Of a stretch of DNA of 17,285 nucleotides, positions 1 to 9,042 are shown one piece after another. The stretch's first letter is position 1. The number at the start of each line of letters is the position of its first letter. The position numbers were made by a program, and so were the translations under genes. The DNA lies in contig CAZYIM010000036.1 of the NCBI GenBank assembly GCA_964647565.1, positions 1 through 17,285 of the forward strand, in the 5' to 3' direction. Below the pieces are notes generated by a model. It searched no databases. It worked only from the letters and a program-made list of their open reading frames with translations, and was not told the DNA's origin. Origin of the DNA: an uncultured Methanosarcinales archaeon. GTDB taxonomy: Archaea; Nanobdellota; Nanobdellia; Woesearchaeales; CAZYIM01.

Positions 1-2
1 AA

Positions 3-596
3 CATCTAGCTTTTGAGCGCAAATACAAGGCAGCGGATATAAGCCCTCGCAGCCCAATGGGTTTTTTTTACCACTATCTTGACAGGGATGATTCTTTCTT
101 TCCTCTAGATATCATCGTATGCAAGCTCTTTGAGGGGGCAAAGTGTTATGTCTATTCAACTAAAAAATATTCATACAATATTATAACCAAGATTCCGAAA
201 TATCCGCAAATAGACAGAGCAATACTTACCCATCCAGTATATAAACTGCCGAATGACAATCTGTTGGGGAAACTGAGAGGTAATCTAGATGATTATTTCA
301 AAGTCGGCATAAATCCTGCCAAAATAAACCTCAATATTATCTTCAAGAACACTAGCAAGAGAAATATCTTTAGTCTGTACATACCTATGACATCCAAAGA
401 TCCGAGGCTACAATACTGGAAAAAATCAGTCAGTAAGAAGATCAAGTCACTGATGGATTGTGCAATCGGGCATGTTTTTGTTATTCACAACAAAAAAGAG
501 TCATTCAATATGTATTATAGGGATGGTTATATGTCAGAGCGGACATTTGAATCTGGTCTGAAGACTGCAATTACTTTATTTGGTGCAATACCATGA
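3..596 (+). CDS. Hypothetical protein, paralog 1 of a tandem triplet; probably 5'-truncated by the window edge
   Basis: The frame is open from base 3 (HLAFERKYKAADISPRSP-MGFF...), so the ATG at 57 is probably internal. It shares blocks with 1354..2166: FFYHYLDRDDSFFPLDIIVCKLFEGA vs FFRHVHRNEIAPIDVIVDQLFPGA, KIPKYPQI vs KIPNYPSI, AIGHVF vs ATGHIY, YRDGYMSERT vs YQDSYFSEKT. The stop overlaps the next ATG (ATGA at 593-596). Confidence 0.8.
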   Translation, partial: HLAFERKYKAADISPRSPMGFFYHYLDRDDSFFPLDIIVCKLFEGAKCYVYSTKKYSYNIITKIPKYPQIDRAILTHPVYKLPNDNLLGKLRGNLDDYFKVGINPAKINLNIIFKNTSKRNIFSLYIPMTSKDPRLQYWKKSVSKKIKSLMDCAIGHVFVIHNKKESFNMYYRDGYMSERTFESGLKTAITLFGAIP

Positions 597-1354
597 ACAA
601 ACCCATCGAAGCAGGAAGTGGAAAGAGAAAAAAACAAAAGAAAGTGTTAGGTTATACCAAAAACAGTACATTTTATTCGCTGAAAGATTATATAACCTCG
701 GATATTGCCAGTGGTTATAATGCATATGATACTCAGGAAGTACGACTTAGCCAGATACGTAAGTTATTATATAACCACGGACTTTCAAAGAATAAAAACT
801 TTCAGGGAATGAAGCCTGGCCTTGAACGCAGATATCCTGGGCTTGTTAGGATAGATGAATTGGCTAAAAACCTTTTTTGGGAAGGATTTTCATATTCTAC
901 CTATGATGCTAAGTGTGAAATGAATCGTTTTTGTATAGATGATATCCCTGAATTTAAGGAAGTATATGCTGTGGAACTTTCTTATCCTGTAAACTCACCT
1001 ACTAAGAATAAACTAGTAGACTTTGGTAATACGCCCAATAATCCCTTATCAACCTACAATACTTACGATAATATGCAGATGGAGATCTTCTTTAAACAGG
1101 CAAAACTGTTTAAAGGTAAAAAAAGATACAGTCTCTTAATCCCTGCTACTAACAAGCATTTCCTGATTCCAAAAGAACTAAGAAAACATACTGGTCATGT
1201 TTTTAAGATGACATACAGAAATGAAGATAGCGATATGATGGGTGGAATAACAGTCAATACAATCAACTCCAAATATTTAGGCATCTACAGGTTCATGTCG
1301 AATATGGAATCTGCCTTGAAAAATACGATGCTAAATTTCAGGGGCGGCTGGTGA
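593..1354 (+). CDS. Hypothetical protein, paralog 2 (N-terminal MNKPIEAGSGK motif)
   Basis: 253-aa ORF overlapping its neighbours at both ends. It shares the IDELAKNLF, IPEF, SLLIP, TGHVF and ESALK blocks with the flanking paralogs. Confidence 0.85.
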   Translation: MNKPIEAGSGKRKKQKKVLGYTKNSTFYSLKDYITSDIASGYNAYDTQEVRLSQIRKLLYNHGLSKNKNFQGMKPGLERRYPGLVRIDELAKNLFWEGFSYSTYDAKCEMNRFCIDDIPEFKEVYAVELSYPVNSPTKNKLVDFGNTPNNPLSTYNTYDNMQMEIFFKQAKLFKGKKRYSLLIPATNKHFLIPKELRKHTGHVFKMTYRNEDSDMMGGITVNTINSKYLGIYRFMSNMESALKNTMLNFRGGW

Positions 1355-2166
1355 TGAATCAACCAATCGAAGCAGGAAGCGGAAAGATAAAGAAACATAT
1401 CAAATCACTCTCTGTTAAATTGGATGAGAAGAGTCTGAATGTTTTAAAAAGAAAATTCAGATATCATGATCTTAGGGCTCCCCAAGCACCGCAATATGCA
1501 ATTGATTTTAAAGAAGCAAAAAAATCAAAATTAATACATGACTTAGAAAAACTTAGAGTAAATAGATGTGTTTTTTTTAGACATGTGCATAGAAATGAGA
1601 TAGCGCCGATTGATGTTATTGTTGATCAATTATTTCCAGGTGCAAGACATACCAGATATTTTGATGATCCTATTGAGCATTGGAATTTTATAAAAATCCC
1701 TAATTACCCTTCCATTGAGATGGCAAGATTGAATTTTCCGCATTTTCCTCCGAAAGGTGAAGGTGTGAAAAAAGAATACCCGATTTATTCTGAAAGAGAT
1801 TATCTAAATGGAGGTTCTCCTAGCTTGAAAATGGGACTTCATATTGTGTTTAAGGATGTTAAGCAAGATAAACTTACAAAACTTGTCCGAAAACCCTTTA
1901 GGCTTGGTATTTTCATACCTCTTTGGAGTTACCCAATATTTTCATACCATTTTTCTTTTGTGATGAAAGATTTTCCTCGAGAAAATGCAGAATTGTCAAA
2001 AAAAGCAACAGGCCATATTTATCAAACCAAGCACTATGAAGCTTTTAAAACATCTATTTTCTATCAAGATAGCTATTTCTCTGAAAAAACTCTGACCAGG
2101 TCTTTAACAAACTTAATAAATCGGTTTGAAAAATTCAAAAAGCTGTATTTTCCAATAGATTATTAA
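1354..2166 (+). CDS. Hypothetical protein, paralog 3 (N-terminal MNQPIEAGSGK motif)
   Basis: ATG 1354 is preferred over GTG 1351 because it gives an N-terminus matching paralog 2. It overlaps the upstream stop as TGATG. Confidence 0.85.
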   Translation: MNQPIEAGSGKIKKHIKSLSVKLDEKSLNVLKRKFRYHDLRAPQAPQYAIDFKEAKKSKLIHDLEKLRVNRCVFFRHVHRNEIAPIDVIVDQLFPGARHTRYFDDPIEHWNFIKIPNYPSIEMARLNFPHFPPKGEGVKKEYPIYSERDYLNGGSPSLKMGLHIVFKDVKQDKLTKLVRKPFRLGIFIPLWSYPIFSYHFSFVMKDFPRENAELSKKATGHIYQTKHYEAFKTSIFYQDSYFSEKTLTRSLTNLINRFEKFKKLYFPIDY

Positions 2167-2168
2167 AA
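2157..2168 (+). promoter_or_regulatory. Putative archaeal TATA box for a leaderless purM transcript
   Basis: TTATTAAA at 2160-2167 lies about 21 nt before ATG 2189, and there is no SD sequence before that ATG. Confidence 0.45.
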
Positions 2169-2188
2169 TATTATCTCTTTCTACTACC

Positions 2189-3265
2189 ATGGGTAGTTTA
2201 GATTATAGCTCTTCTGGTGTTGATGTTGATCTTGAAAGAGAAGCCTCTAAGATATTGTATGAAGCTGCCAAGAAGACATGGAAAAACAGGAAAGGTACAT
2301 TAGGAGAGATAGTAGAGTTGTTTCCAGACTTCTCAGGGGTCAGAGCTATCAATGTAGGTAACCTAGCTGACGATGCTTATATGAACCTGGGATTTGATGG
2401 TGTCGGCACTAAGGTTGAGATTGCAGAGAGGCTTTCTAAACACTACTCAGTAGCCTTTGACCTGTTTGCAATGGTCTGTGATGATGCAGTAATCCGTGGA
2501 GCGGAACCAGTTCTGATAGGATCCATCCTAGATGTGAAAACATTAGGAAAAAAAGATCAGGATTACCTTGGATTCATCAGGCAGCTAGCCAGCGGTTACA
2601 TACCTGCTGCAAAAGCAGCCAATGTCGCTGTAATAAATGGTGAGTTGGCAGAACTGGGTGCAAGGATAAACGGCTATGGCTCTTTTAACTATAATTGGGG
2701 CGCTTCAGTGGTCTGGTTTGCAAGAAAGTCCAGAATGATAACAGGCAAGGACATCAAGCCAGGAGACTACATCGTAGCCCTAAGGGAAGAAGGCTTTAGG
2801 TCTAACGGTCTTTCACTTGTAAGAAAGATTCTAGAAAAGGAATATGGCAATAACTGGCATGAAAAAGACAAGCTTGCTGATAAAGTGTTGAGGCCCTCTA
2901 TTATATATACTAAAATCCTGACAAGCATGTTTGGTGGCTTTGACAAACAACCTCAACTCAAGATTAACGGAGCAGCACACATAACAGGCGGCGGCATCCC
3001 TGAGAAGCTGGGCAGAGCACTAGAACCCTCTGGCTATGGTGCCATCATAAGCGAACCCTTTGAACCGCCTGGGATAATGACCTATCTCCAAGATTTGGGC
3101 AAGGTCTCAAATCAAGAGGCTTACAGGACATGGAACATGGGCCATGGCATGTTAATCATCACAGAAGACTACCAAAAAGCCATAGACATCTCATCTTCTT
3201 TTGGAATAGAAGCTAAAGTGGTTGGTGAAATAAAAAAAGAAAAAGGAATAAAAATTAATTTCTAA
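2189..3265 (+). CDS. purM: Phosphoribosylformylglycinamidine cyclo-ligase (AIR synthase)
   Basis: PurM motifs: N-terminal Y-x-x-SGVD, DGVGTK, DLFAMVCDD, GAEP, NGELAE (canonical GGETAE), SNGLSLVRKI, HITGGG and TWNMGHG. Length is 358 aa. Confidence 0.93.
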   Translation: MGSLDYSSSGVDVDLEREASKILYEAAKKTWKNRKGTLGEIVELFPDFSGVRAINVGNLADDAYMNLGFDGVGTKVEIAERLSKHYSVAFDLFAMVCDDAVIRGAEPVLIGSILDVKTLGKKDQDYLGFIRQLASGYIPAAKAANVAVINGELAELGARINGYGSFNYNWGASVVWFARKSRMITGKDIKPGDYIVALREEGFRSNGLSLVRKILEKEYGNNWHEKDKLADKVLRPSIIYTKILTSMFGGFDKQPQLKINGAAHITGGGIPEKLGRALEPSGYGAIISEPFEPPGIMTYLQDLGKVSNQEAYRTWNMGHGMLIITEDYQKAIDISSSFGIEAKVVGEIKKEKGIKINF

Positions 3266-3540
3266 AGCAATCTACAATATCCCCTTCGCCAGGCTTCGCC
3301 TTGCTTAGACATTTTAGAGTTGCTCCTGACATACTCTTTGGCCTGTGATCTGTTGCAATGGCCGCTATTATTAGTACAGCCTGTCTGCATATAATCTGGT
3401 GCAAGAGCATACCTGATGTCTTGGTTGGTCATAGTAGGATCTAATAATGGAAAAAGATCCCTTCTTGGCGTATCCCTACTAACCATCAGTGTTCCTACGA
3501 CAAACATGTTGTCAATCGCCTTTCCTATAAGTTCTTTCAT
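3262..3540 (-). CDS. Small hypothetical protein (92 aa, three Cys)
   Basis: SD-like GAGGT lies 6 nt upstream of the ATG on the minus strand. The gene starts 19 nt after the CoA-transferase stop and overlaps the purM stop convergently by 4 nt. Confidence 0.7.
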   Translation of the reverse strand: MKELIGKAIDNMFVVGTLMVSRDTPRRDLFPLLDPTMTNQDIRYALAPDYMQTGCTNNSGHCNRSQAKEYVRSNSKMSKQGEAWRRGYCRLL

Positions 3541-3559
3541 TGTATTACCTCTAAGAAAA

Positions 3560-4921
3560 TCATATCATCTCATATGGAGTGAATCCCTTGCAGCAGCCAT
3601 CCCCTCTCAATGCCTCTCTTGGCCTGTGGAACTCTGGGCTGTCATAGATCTGTTTCAATAGTTTCCCCCGCGTTTCTGGTTCAGCAAGCTGCGCAATTGC
3701 AACAGCTTTTTCACCCATACTTAATCCTTCTGGATCAACAGCTCCAAATTCAGTCACTAAAATTACAGGATCAGCTGCAATGCCTGTAGCTGTTATACCT
3801 GCAGGTGACATATTATATATCTTGGATACATCTTTGGCAGTTACTGAATTCAATGCTATTATTGCTACCCCGTTACCATCCTCTGACAATACTGCACCGC
3901 GGATATAATCGCACTGGCCTCCAACACCACTATATATATCCCTTGCTTTTAATGAATCTGCCCAGATATTGCCATGAAGATCTACTCCTAAAGCAGCATT
4001 AACTGAAACCAGGTTGGGCTGCGTCGCAATCCTGAGCACATTGTTGACATGGTCAGTTGACCTGCTCTGTATAGAGCTGTTCTGGTCAAGGAATTTATAG
4101 CCTTCCCAACTGTCTGCTAAGAATATTCCTGAAACAGAAAAATTAGTGTTCCTATATTTGTTGGTCACAATACCTTCTTCAACCATTGCTCTCATAGCAT
4201 CTGCAAAGAGTTCTGTATATATTCCAAGATCCTTAACGCCTTTCTCAATAACAGCGTTCTTAAGGGCTTCAGTCACCTTTCCGATGCCTAACTGAAGGGT
4301 AGAACCGTCCTTTATATATAGCTGTGTGATTATCTCTCCTATCCTTCTTTCCCTTGCACTGGGGGGTTTTCGTTTGATCGTCGGCAAATCGTAATTTGTA
4401 TCGACAAGAAAATCAATATACCTTGGCGGTATAGTTGTTCCCTGGACAAAGGGCATCTCAGAATTCCTTTCAGCGATGACTATACCACCTCTCTCCTTGA
4501 CATCAAGAAGTGTGGGTAAGACAGCCTCAACAGTGGTTCCCAGGCTATAGTTGCCTCCACGGTCAGGACCGCTGACAGTGAGCATGACCACATCAGGTTT
4601 TATTTTCTTTTTCAATTGCCTGGCGACCTGTGAAAGGTGCATTAGTTGGTACTTGGCAAGTCCGTGGTTGACAGCTTCCCTTGTGTATTCGCTGTTAAAT
4701 ATGATCCTATAGGTGACTCTATTGCATACATCAGGTTTGAACGCATCCTCAATATCTCCTAATGGAAGCACACTCAAGATCTCAATATCCTGTATTGACT
4801 CATCGCGTGCTATCTGATTAAGAAAATCTTGCGGAGTGGCAGCATTACCTGCCATATAAATCACACTTCCTCTCTTCAAAACCTTTGAATTTATTGCCTC
4901 TTCCAGAGTAGCAACCTTCAT
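3560..4921 (-). CDS. Acetyl-CoA hydrolase/transferase family protein (4-hydroxybutyrate/butyrate CoA-transferase-like)
   Basis: Family motifs: GNAATP, DGSTLQLGIG, DLGIYTE (catalytic Glu position), SVNAALGVDLHG, YSGVGGQCDY and VTEFG. Start placed at ATG 4921 rather than TTG 4927 on TATA spacing. Confidence 0.92.
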   Translation of the reverse strand: MKVATLEEAINSKVLKRGSVIYMAGNAATPQDFLNQIARDESIQDIEILSVLPLGDIEDAFKPDVCNRVTYRIIFNSEYTREAVNHGLAKYQLMHLSQVARQLKKKIKPDVVMLTVSGPDRGGNYSLGTTVEAVLPTLLDVKERGGIVIAERNSEMPFVQGTTIPPRYIDFLVDTNYDLPTIKRKPPSARERRIGEIITQLYIKDGSTLQLGIGKVTEALKNAVIEKGVKDLGIYTELFADAMRAMVEEGIVTNKYRNTNFSVSGIFLADSWEGYKFLDQNSSIQSRSTDHVNNVLRIATQPNLVSVNAALGVDLHGNIWADSLKARDIYSGVGGQCDYIRGAVLSEDGNGVAIIALNSVTAKDVSKIYNMSPAGITATGIAADPVILVTEFGAVDPEGLSMGEKAVAIAQLAEPETRGKLLKQIYDSPEFHRPREALRGDGCCKGFTPYEMI

Positions 4922-4942
4922 AATCAAAGAAATTAAATTAGC

Positions 4943-4956
4943 TATAAAAAGCTTTT
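4943..4956 (-). promoter_or_regulatory. Putative BRE/TATA promoter for the CoA-transferase gene
   Basis: The minus strand reads AAAAGCTTTTTATA followed by 21 nt to ATG 4921, which is typical of an archaeal leaderless promoter. Confidence 0.6.
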
Positions 4957-4984
4957 GTTTAAATCAATAAATTTGTTAGTAGAA

Positions 4985-5875
4985 TTAGATCATATCAGTG
5001 ATATGGTGGATCTCTCTTAATATGGTCATGATGTAATGAATTATCAACACTTCAGCGCCCTTGACCCTTCTGATCAATGACCTGCAATGCTTCATGGTCC
5101 AGAGCTCTTTTTGGTTCATGGCCACAAGCTGTTCATTATCGAACTTATAATATAGTTTATAGAATGCATTGAAAACAATCTCTGTATCTTCCAACTGGGT
5201 TATAACATCCTTAGAAAGAGGTTGTTTGTTCTCAACTAAAACCTTGCATAGATCCCTCATAGCATCTGCTAACTGTTCGAGCTGGCATACGACATAGAAT
5301 GTGGCTGTGGTCTGCCAGTTCTCTGGAAATCCGCGTTTATTTACTGTTCGCTGGCAGAAATTAACCAATTTGTTGTTGATCTTCTCCATCTCAATAACGC
5401 TTTCGAGCTCATTAAACTTGCCTGTCTTTACAGATTCCAGCATCTCACTGAAGTTGGTTTTTAACATTAGGAATATCCTTTTGATGATAGTATCAAATTC
5501 AGACTCCATTGCTACAGCAACATTCTTCAGGATACAATAGGTCCTTCCTTGCTCGACAATCTCGAAGCCCAATAGATTCTCAGTTTCTTTTTGGATCATG
5601 GGCAGTACAGCAGAATCCTTGAAATTTATCTTGATCTCATCATGTCCGTGCCTGTATCTTACATCTATGAATCTTCGAAGAAACTTTTCCGGGCTCTCTA
5701 TCTCAAATTCAATGGCATCTGGTGTGACATCTTTAGAAGTTGAAAGCACCAAGTTCCTGCCCTTGACTTCTGCTTCCACCTCGTCACCGCCACTAATCTG
5801 AAACTTGCTGGTCCACTTCCTTGGCAGTGTAATCGTAAGAGTATTATTACCTTGTTTTATAACTTTCCTACCCAT
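4985..5875 (-). CDS. Archaeal phosphate-uptake-regulator-like protein: N-terminal AbrB/MazE DNA-binding domain plus PhoU-like helical domain
   Basis: N-terminal RKVIKQGNNTLTITLPRKW...GDEV is an AbrB fold. It is followed by YRHGHDEI and LLGFEIVEQ, then a helical PhoU-like region (INKLVNFCQR, LEQLAD). Confidence 0.85.
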   Translation of the reverse strand: MGRKVIKQGNNTLTITLPRKWTSKFQISGGDEVEAEVKGRNLVLSTSKDVTPDAIEFEIESPEKFLRRFIDVRYRHGHDEIKINFKDSAVLPMIQKETENLLGFEIVEQGRTYCILKNVAVAMESEFDTIIKRIFLMLKTNFSEMLESVKTGKFNELESVIEMEKINNKLVNFCQRTVNKRGFPENWQTTATFYVVCQLEQLADAMRDLCKVLVENKQPLSKDVITQLEDTEIVFNAFYKLYYKFDNEQLVAMNQKELWTMKHCRSLIRRVKGAEVLIIHYIMTILREIHHITDMI

Positions 5876-5897
5876 ATTAACTAGTAATATATTGATA

Positions 5898-5911
5898 TTT
5901 ATAAATTTTTT
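5898..5911 (-). promoter_or_regulatory. Putative BRE/TATA promoter for the AbrB-PhoU gene
   Basis: The minus strand has an A-run followed by TTTATAAA (5898-5905), then 22 nt to ATG 5875. Confidence 0.6.
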
Positions 5912-6048
5912 GGAATACTATTGTTTCTATAATAAATATATTGTTGTTTTTATTAGAAAATGGTTAAACTTTGCAATTTGAACAGGATTTTCAAAAATTT
6001 TATTAACAATAGACAGTTACTACTATGAGATGTATTCGGGGGTATCCT

Positions 6049-6930
6049 ATGCAAGACCATGAAGGTAAAGATATTGTATATATTGAAAATCCTCTTAAGA
6101 AAAAGAAAAAATCTAACTTCTGGAGAAACTTCGCGATAGCATTTGTAGGAACCGCCATATCTGTTGTTGCGTTTATAGATAACCTTGATTACAGTAACAG
6201 AAACAAATCTATACGTGAAAGCTACCAAATAGGCAACTATCAAAAAGCAAGCCAAGAGTGCCTAAAACAGTCTGAAAATAACTTACCCATAAACCTTTTC
6301 AATGATCGAAAAGATGCAGATGAACTAAAGCAGGCTTCAAAATTCCTAACTGCACTTGAAGATACGACATTTACAAATAATGAGAAAAGAAAACTCAAAC
6401 AGAATATAGAGACATTAATAGCTTCAGGCACCCAAACAGATGTTTTAAACCTTGTAAAATATGTCGGATCGTACTCAAAAGATATAGATTCTCTTGCGAC
6501 TTTACCTGAATCCAAGCAATATCTTGATAGAGTAAATTCAGCAGCATTTAGCATGGGAAAGATAGTAACCAATGAGGAGAAGGCTTTTCTTGTTAAAGTG
6601 CTTTTACAATATAAAGATAATATACCTGAAGAAAACAATAATGACGTTGATTATGTAGATTATTATGAAAAAACAGGCGAAAGCATGTTGTACAGGGCTG
6701 CAATTGCAGATTCTACAGAAGACCAGAACACCTATTTTAGGAACTCAAAAGGAGCCTATATACAGGCAGTAAACTACCTGATCAATGAGATGGCACAGAT
6801 GGTTGATTATGAACAGGACCAAGCAGAGATTGGCAGTGATGATATAATCAATCTCAGGATACAAGAGTTGAGCACAAAACTAAATAGTCTAGGAGATTAT
6901 GTACTAATACTTAAAAAATGTCAAGATTAA
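6049..6930 (+). CDS. Hypothetical protein with an N-terminal membrane anchor and helical body
   Basis: GGGGGT SD at 6038-6043 favours ATG 6049 over 6025. A basic KKKKK stretch is followed by hydrophobic FAIAFVGTAISVVAFI. The 3' end overlaps the next gene by 13 nt. Confidence 0.8.
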   Translation: MQDHEGKDIVYIENPLKKKKKSNFWRNFAIAFVGTAISVVAFIDNLDYSNRNKSIRESYQIGNYQKASQECLKQSENNLPINLFNDRKDADELKQASKFLTALEDTTFTNNEKRKLKQNIETLIASGTQTDVLNLVKYVGSYSKDIDSLATLPESKQYLDRVNSAAFSMGKIVTNEEKAFLVKVLLQYKDNIPEENNNDVDYVDYYEKTGESMLYRAAIADSTEDQNTYFRNSKGAYIQAVNYLINEMAQMVDYEQDQAEIGSDDIINLRIQELSTKLNSLGDYVLILKKCQD

Positions 6931-9035
6931 ATGTACTGCTTCAACAAGCAGAAACACAATGGGATCTGAATAATATAGATTCAGCCATATCTACCTATCA
7001 ACAGGTCTTAGACTTAGAGCCAAAAAACCATATGCAGGATAAGATCCATTACTGCCTAGGTATGCTTCACTATCAGAATGGCAATATGGATGAGGCAGAA
7101 TCCAGTTTCCTTAAATGCAAAGATACAATTGACAAAAAACAGGCGTCTGAAATATATAACTATCTTGGCACTATTCAGAAAGCTAAAGGCAATATGGGCC
7201 AGGCAGAAAGCTATTATTGGGATGCCCTATCCAAACAAGGCAATAATGTAAGAGTATTGAATAATTTAGCTAACCTGATAATCCAAGGTAGAGATATAGA
7301 AAAGTTAAGCCAGGCTGAAGAATTATTAAATGAGGCGATGGAAATAGAAAAAAACAATCCAGTCCCTGTTTTCAATCTTTTGACTTTATATGCTTCGCTA
7401 GGCAAGCATGAAATGAGACGGGCAGAGCTAGAAAAACAATACCTAAATACTTCACTTGATATGATACATGATCTTGAAAATGGGAAGGAGTTGAAATATA
7501 GGGTTACCACTCCTCATGGCGAGACTGTTGTAGAGAAATATGCGAAAGTCATAAAGGCAGAAGATGATGCTGCGAGATTAGAGCTATTGAATGAAGTGCT
7601 TGATGAATGTAGGGGTATAGAAGATCCTCGCGGGGATAAAAGAAAAGCCCTGGGCTCTATATATATGAGACTGGGCAATACACTCAACAGCATAGGGCAA
7701 TATGAATCTGCCATTAAAAATTTCAATTTAGCTATCAATCTTCTCGGGGAGAGGAAAAGTCTGATAAACAACAGGGCAGTAGCATATAATAAAATAGGTG
7801 AGCCAGGAAAAGCAATCAGAGAGTTCCTGAGTATAAATACAAAAAAAGGTTTTTCTGCAATGGCTGCTAACTGCAATCTGGCCAAAAAAGCCATGGATGA
7901 ACAGACTCGATCCTTGTTTTCTCTAAAAGAGCCAAAGTTCTACTTAAGAAAGGTCATGAAAAACCTGAAAAGATCGAATTTCCAGAAGATAGATGAGAGC
8001 TCCTATGAGGTTTCAGAAGCAGTCATAGCAGGTATGAGCATCCACGAGGCCTATGTATTCAGGAGGGCGCCTCATAACAAGGAGACTACTCAAGTATTTA
8101 GGAACGAGGCAGAGATGATACGTAATTTCCATAGCCAAAACGCCTATGAGTGGGACCTTAATGTTGTCCGATGCCTTGACTGTGTCGAGAACATACACGG
8201 ATATAATAATATCGTATTCTTGAGAAGCACAGGAGAGACCCTATTTGATACGCTATTGAAGCTTAAAGAAGAAGGTGATCAGGACACTATTGATATGATA
8301 TATGACAAACTGGCAGTTGATATGGTCAAGATACGGTTGATCGGCAATCTGGCGCCAAAAGCGCTTTTAGAAAATATGCATAGCAGCATAAAAGAGAACA
8401 ATGTCCAGACATATATCAACAAACCCTTAAGCAAGTTCATAGGCGAGCCAAGCTACCCTGGAAGCCTATATAATGCAAGTTCCAGGGCAGATGATGTCAA
8501 GAGGGCAATTGAGAATAATTATGAACCTATTGCAAGGATACTGGCATATCTCAATCCTGATCTCTATAAGGACCTGTCAACAAAAAACATACTCAACCTG
8601 GGTGATTTTGAATTCCAGCATATAGACTGGGAAAGACTGAGAAACTTACCATTTGTCTTTGATATGTGTACAGTATTTAACATGGGCAACTATATCAGGG
8701 AAAAGGACAAACTCTTCAAGAAAATATTTGATCTGAACAACGAGCTGATACAAACCAAGCCAGAATTCCAGGCTATAAACAACGAGGATTTTTTGAATCT
8801 TGAGAAATTCATGATTGCTGGCCATGCTGCAGGAGTTGAGAGAAGCATGGCTCACCACGCCAGCTGCACAGACTGGCATAACAGGCTTCATAAAGAGGGC
8901 TATGACGAACTTGCAAAGGAATGTATCCGAAACGGACTTACAGACCTTGCATGGCTTAAGGATAATGGTCCATTCGCTCAGGATGGAAAAGATAAAATAA
9001 AACGATTGGAGGATGCTTTTACTTTAATTAGCTAA
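6918..9035 (+). CDS. TPR-repeat protein fused to a C-terminal APH/choline-kinase-like phosphotransferase domain
   Basis: TPR consensus units include AISTYQQVLDLEP, HYCLGMLHYQNGNMDEAESSF, YNYLGTIQKAKGNMGQAESYY, LNNLANL, YMRLGNTLNSIGQYESAIKNF and INNRAVAYNKIG. The C-terminal part has NEAEM (alphaC-like), YKDLSTKNI (HxDxxxxN-like catalytic loop) and IDWE (DFG equivalent). Confidence 0.8.
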   Translation: MSRLNVLLQQAETQWDLNNIDSAISTYQQVLDLEPKNHMQDKIHYCLGMLHYQNGNMDEAESSFLKCKDTIDKKQASEIYNYLGTIQKAKGNMGQAESYYWDALSKQGNNVRVLNNLANLIIQGRDIEKLSQAEELLNEAMEIEKNNPVPVFNLLTLYASLGKHEMRRAELEKQYLNTSLDMIHDLENGKELKYRVTTPHGETVVEKYAKVIKAEDDAARLELLNEVLDECRGIEDPRGDKRKALGSIYMRLGNTLNSIGQYESAIKNFNLAINLLGERKSLINNRAVAYNKIGEPGKAIREFLSINTKKGFSAMAANCNLAKKAMDEQTRSLFSLKEPKFYLRKVMKNLKRSNFQKIDESSYEVSEAVIAGMSIHEAYVFRRAPHNKETTQVFRNEAEMIRNFHSQNAYEWDLNVVRCLDCVENIHGYNNIVFLRSTGETLFDTLLKLKEEGDQDTIDMIYDKLAVDMVKIRLIGNLAPKALLENMHSSIKENNVQTYINKPLSKFIGEPSYPGSLYNASSRADDVKRAIENNYEPIARILAYLNPDLYKDLSTKNILNLGDFEFQHIDWERLRNLPFVFDMCTVFNMGNYIREKDKLFKKIFDLNNELIQTKPEFQAINNEDFLNLEKFMIAGHAAGVERSMAHHASCTDWHNRLHKEGYDELAKECIRNGLTDLAWLKDNGPFAQDGKDKIKRLEDAFTLIS

Positions 9036-9042
9036 GGATAAA

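Noticed and set aside
602..625. EAGSGK as a Walker A (P-loop) motif in the paralogs
   Set aside because: It lacks the GxxxxGK[ST] pattern and the preceding hydrophobic strand, sits at the extreme N-terminus, and no Walker B is evident.
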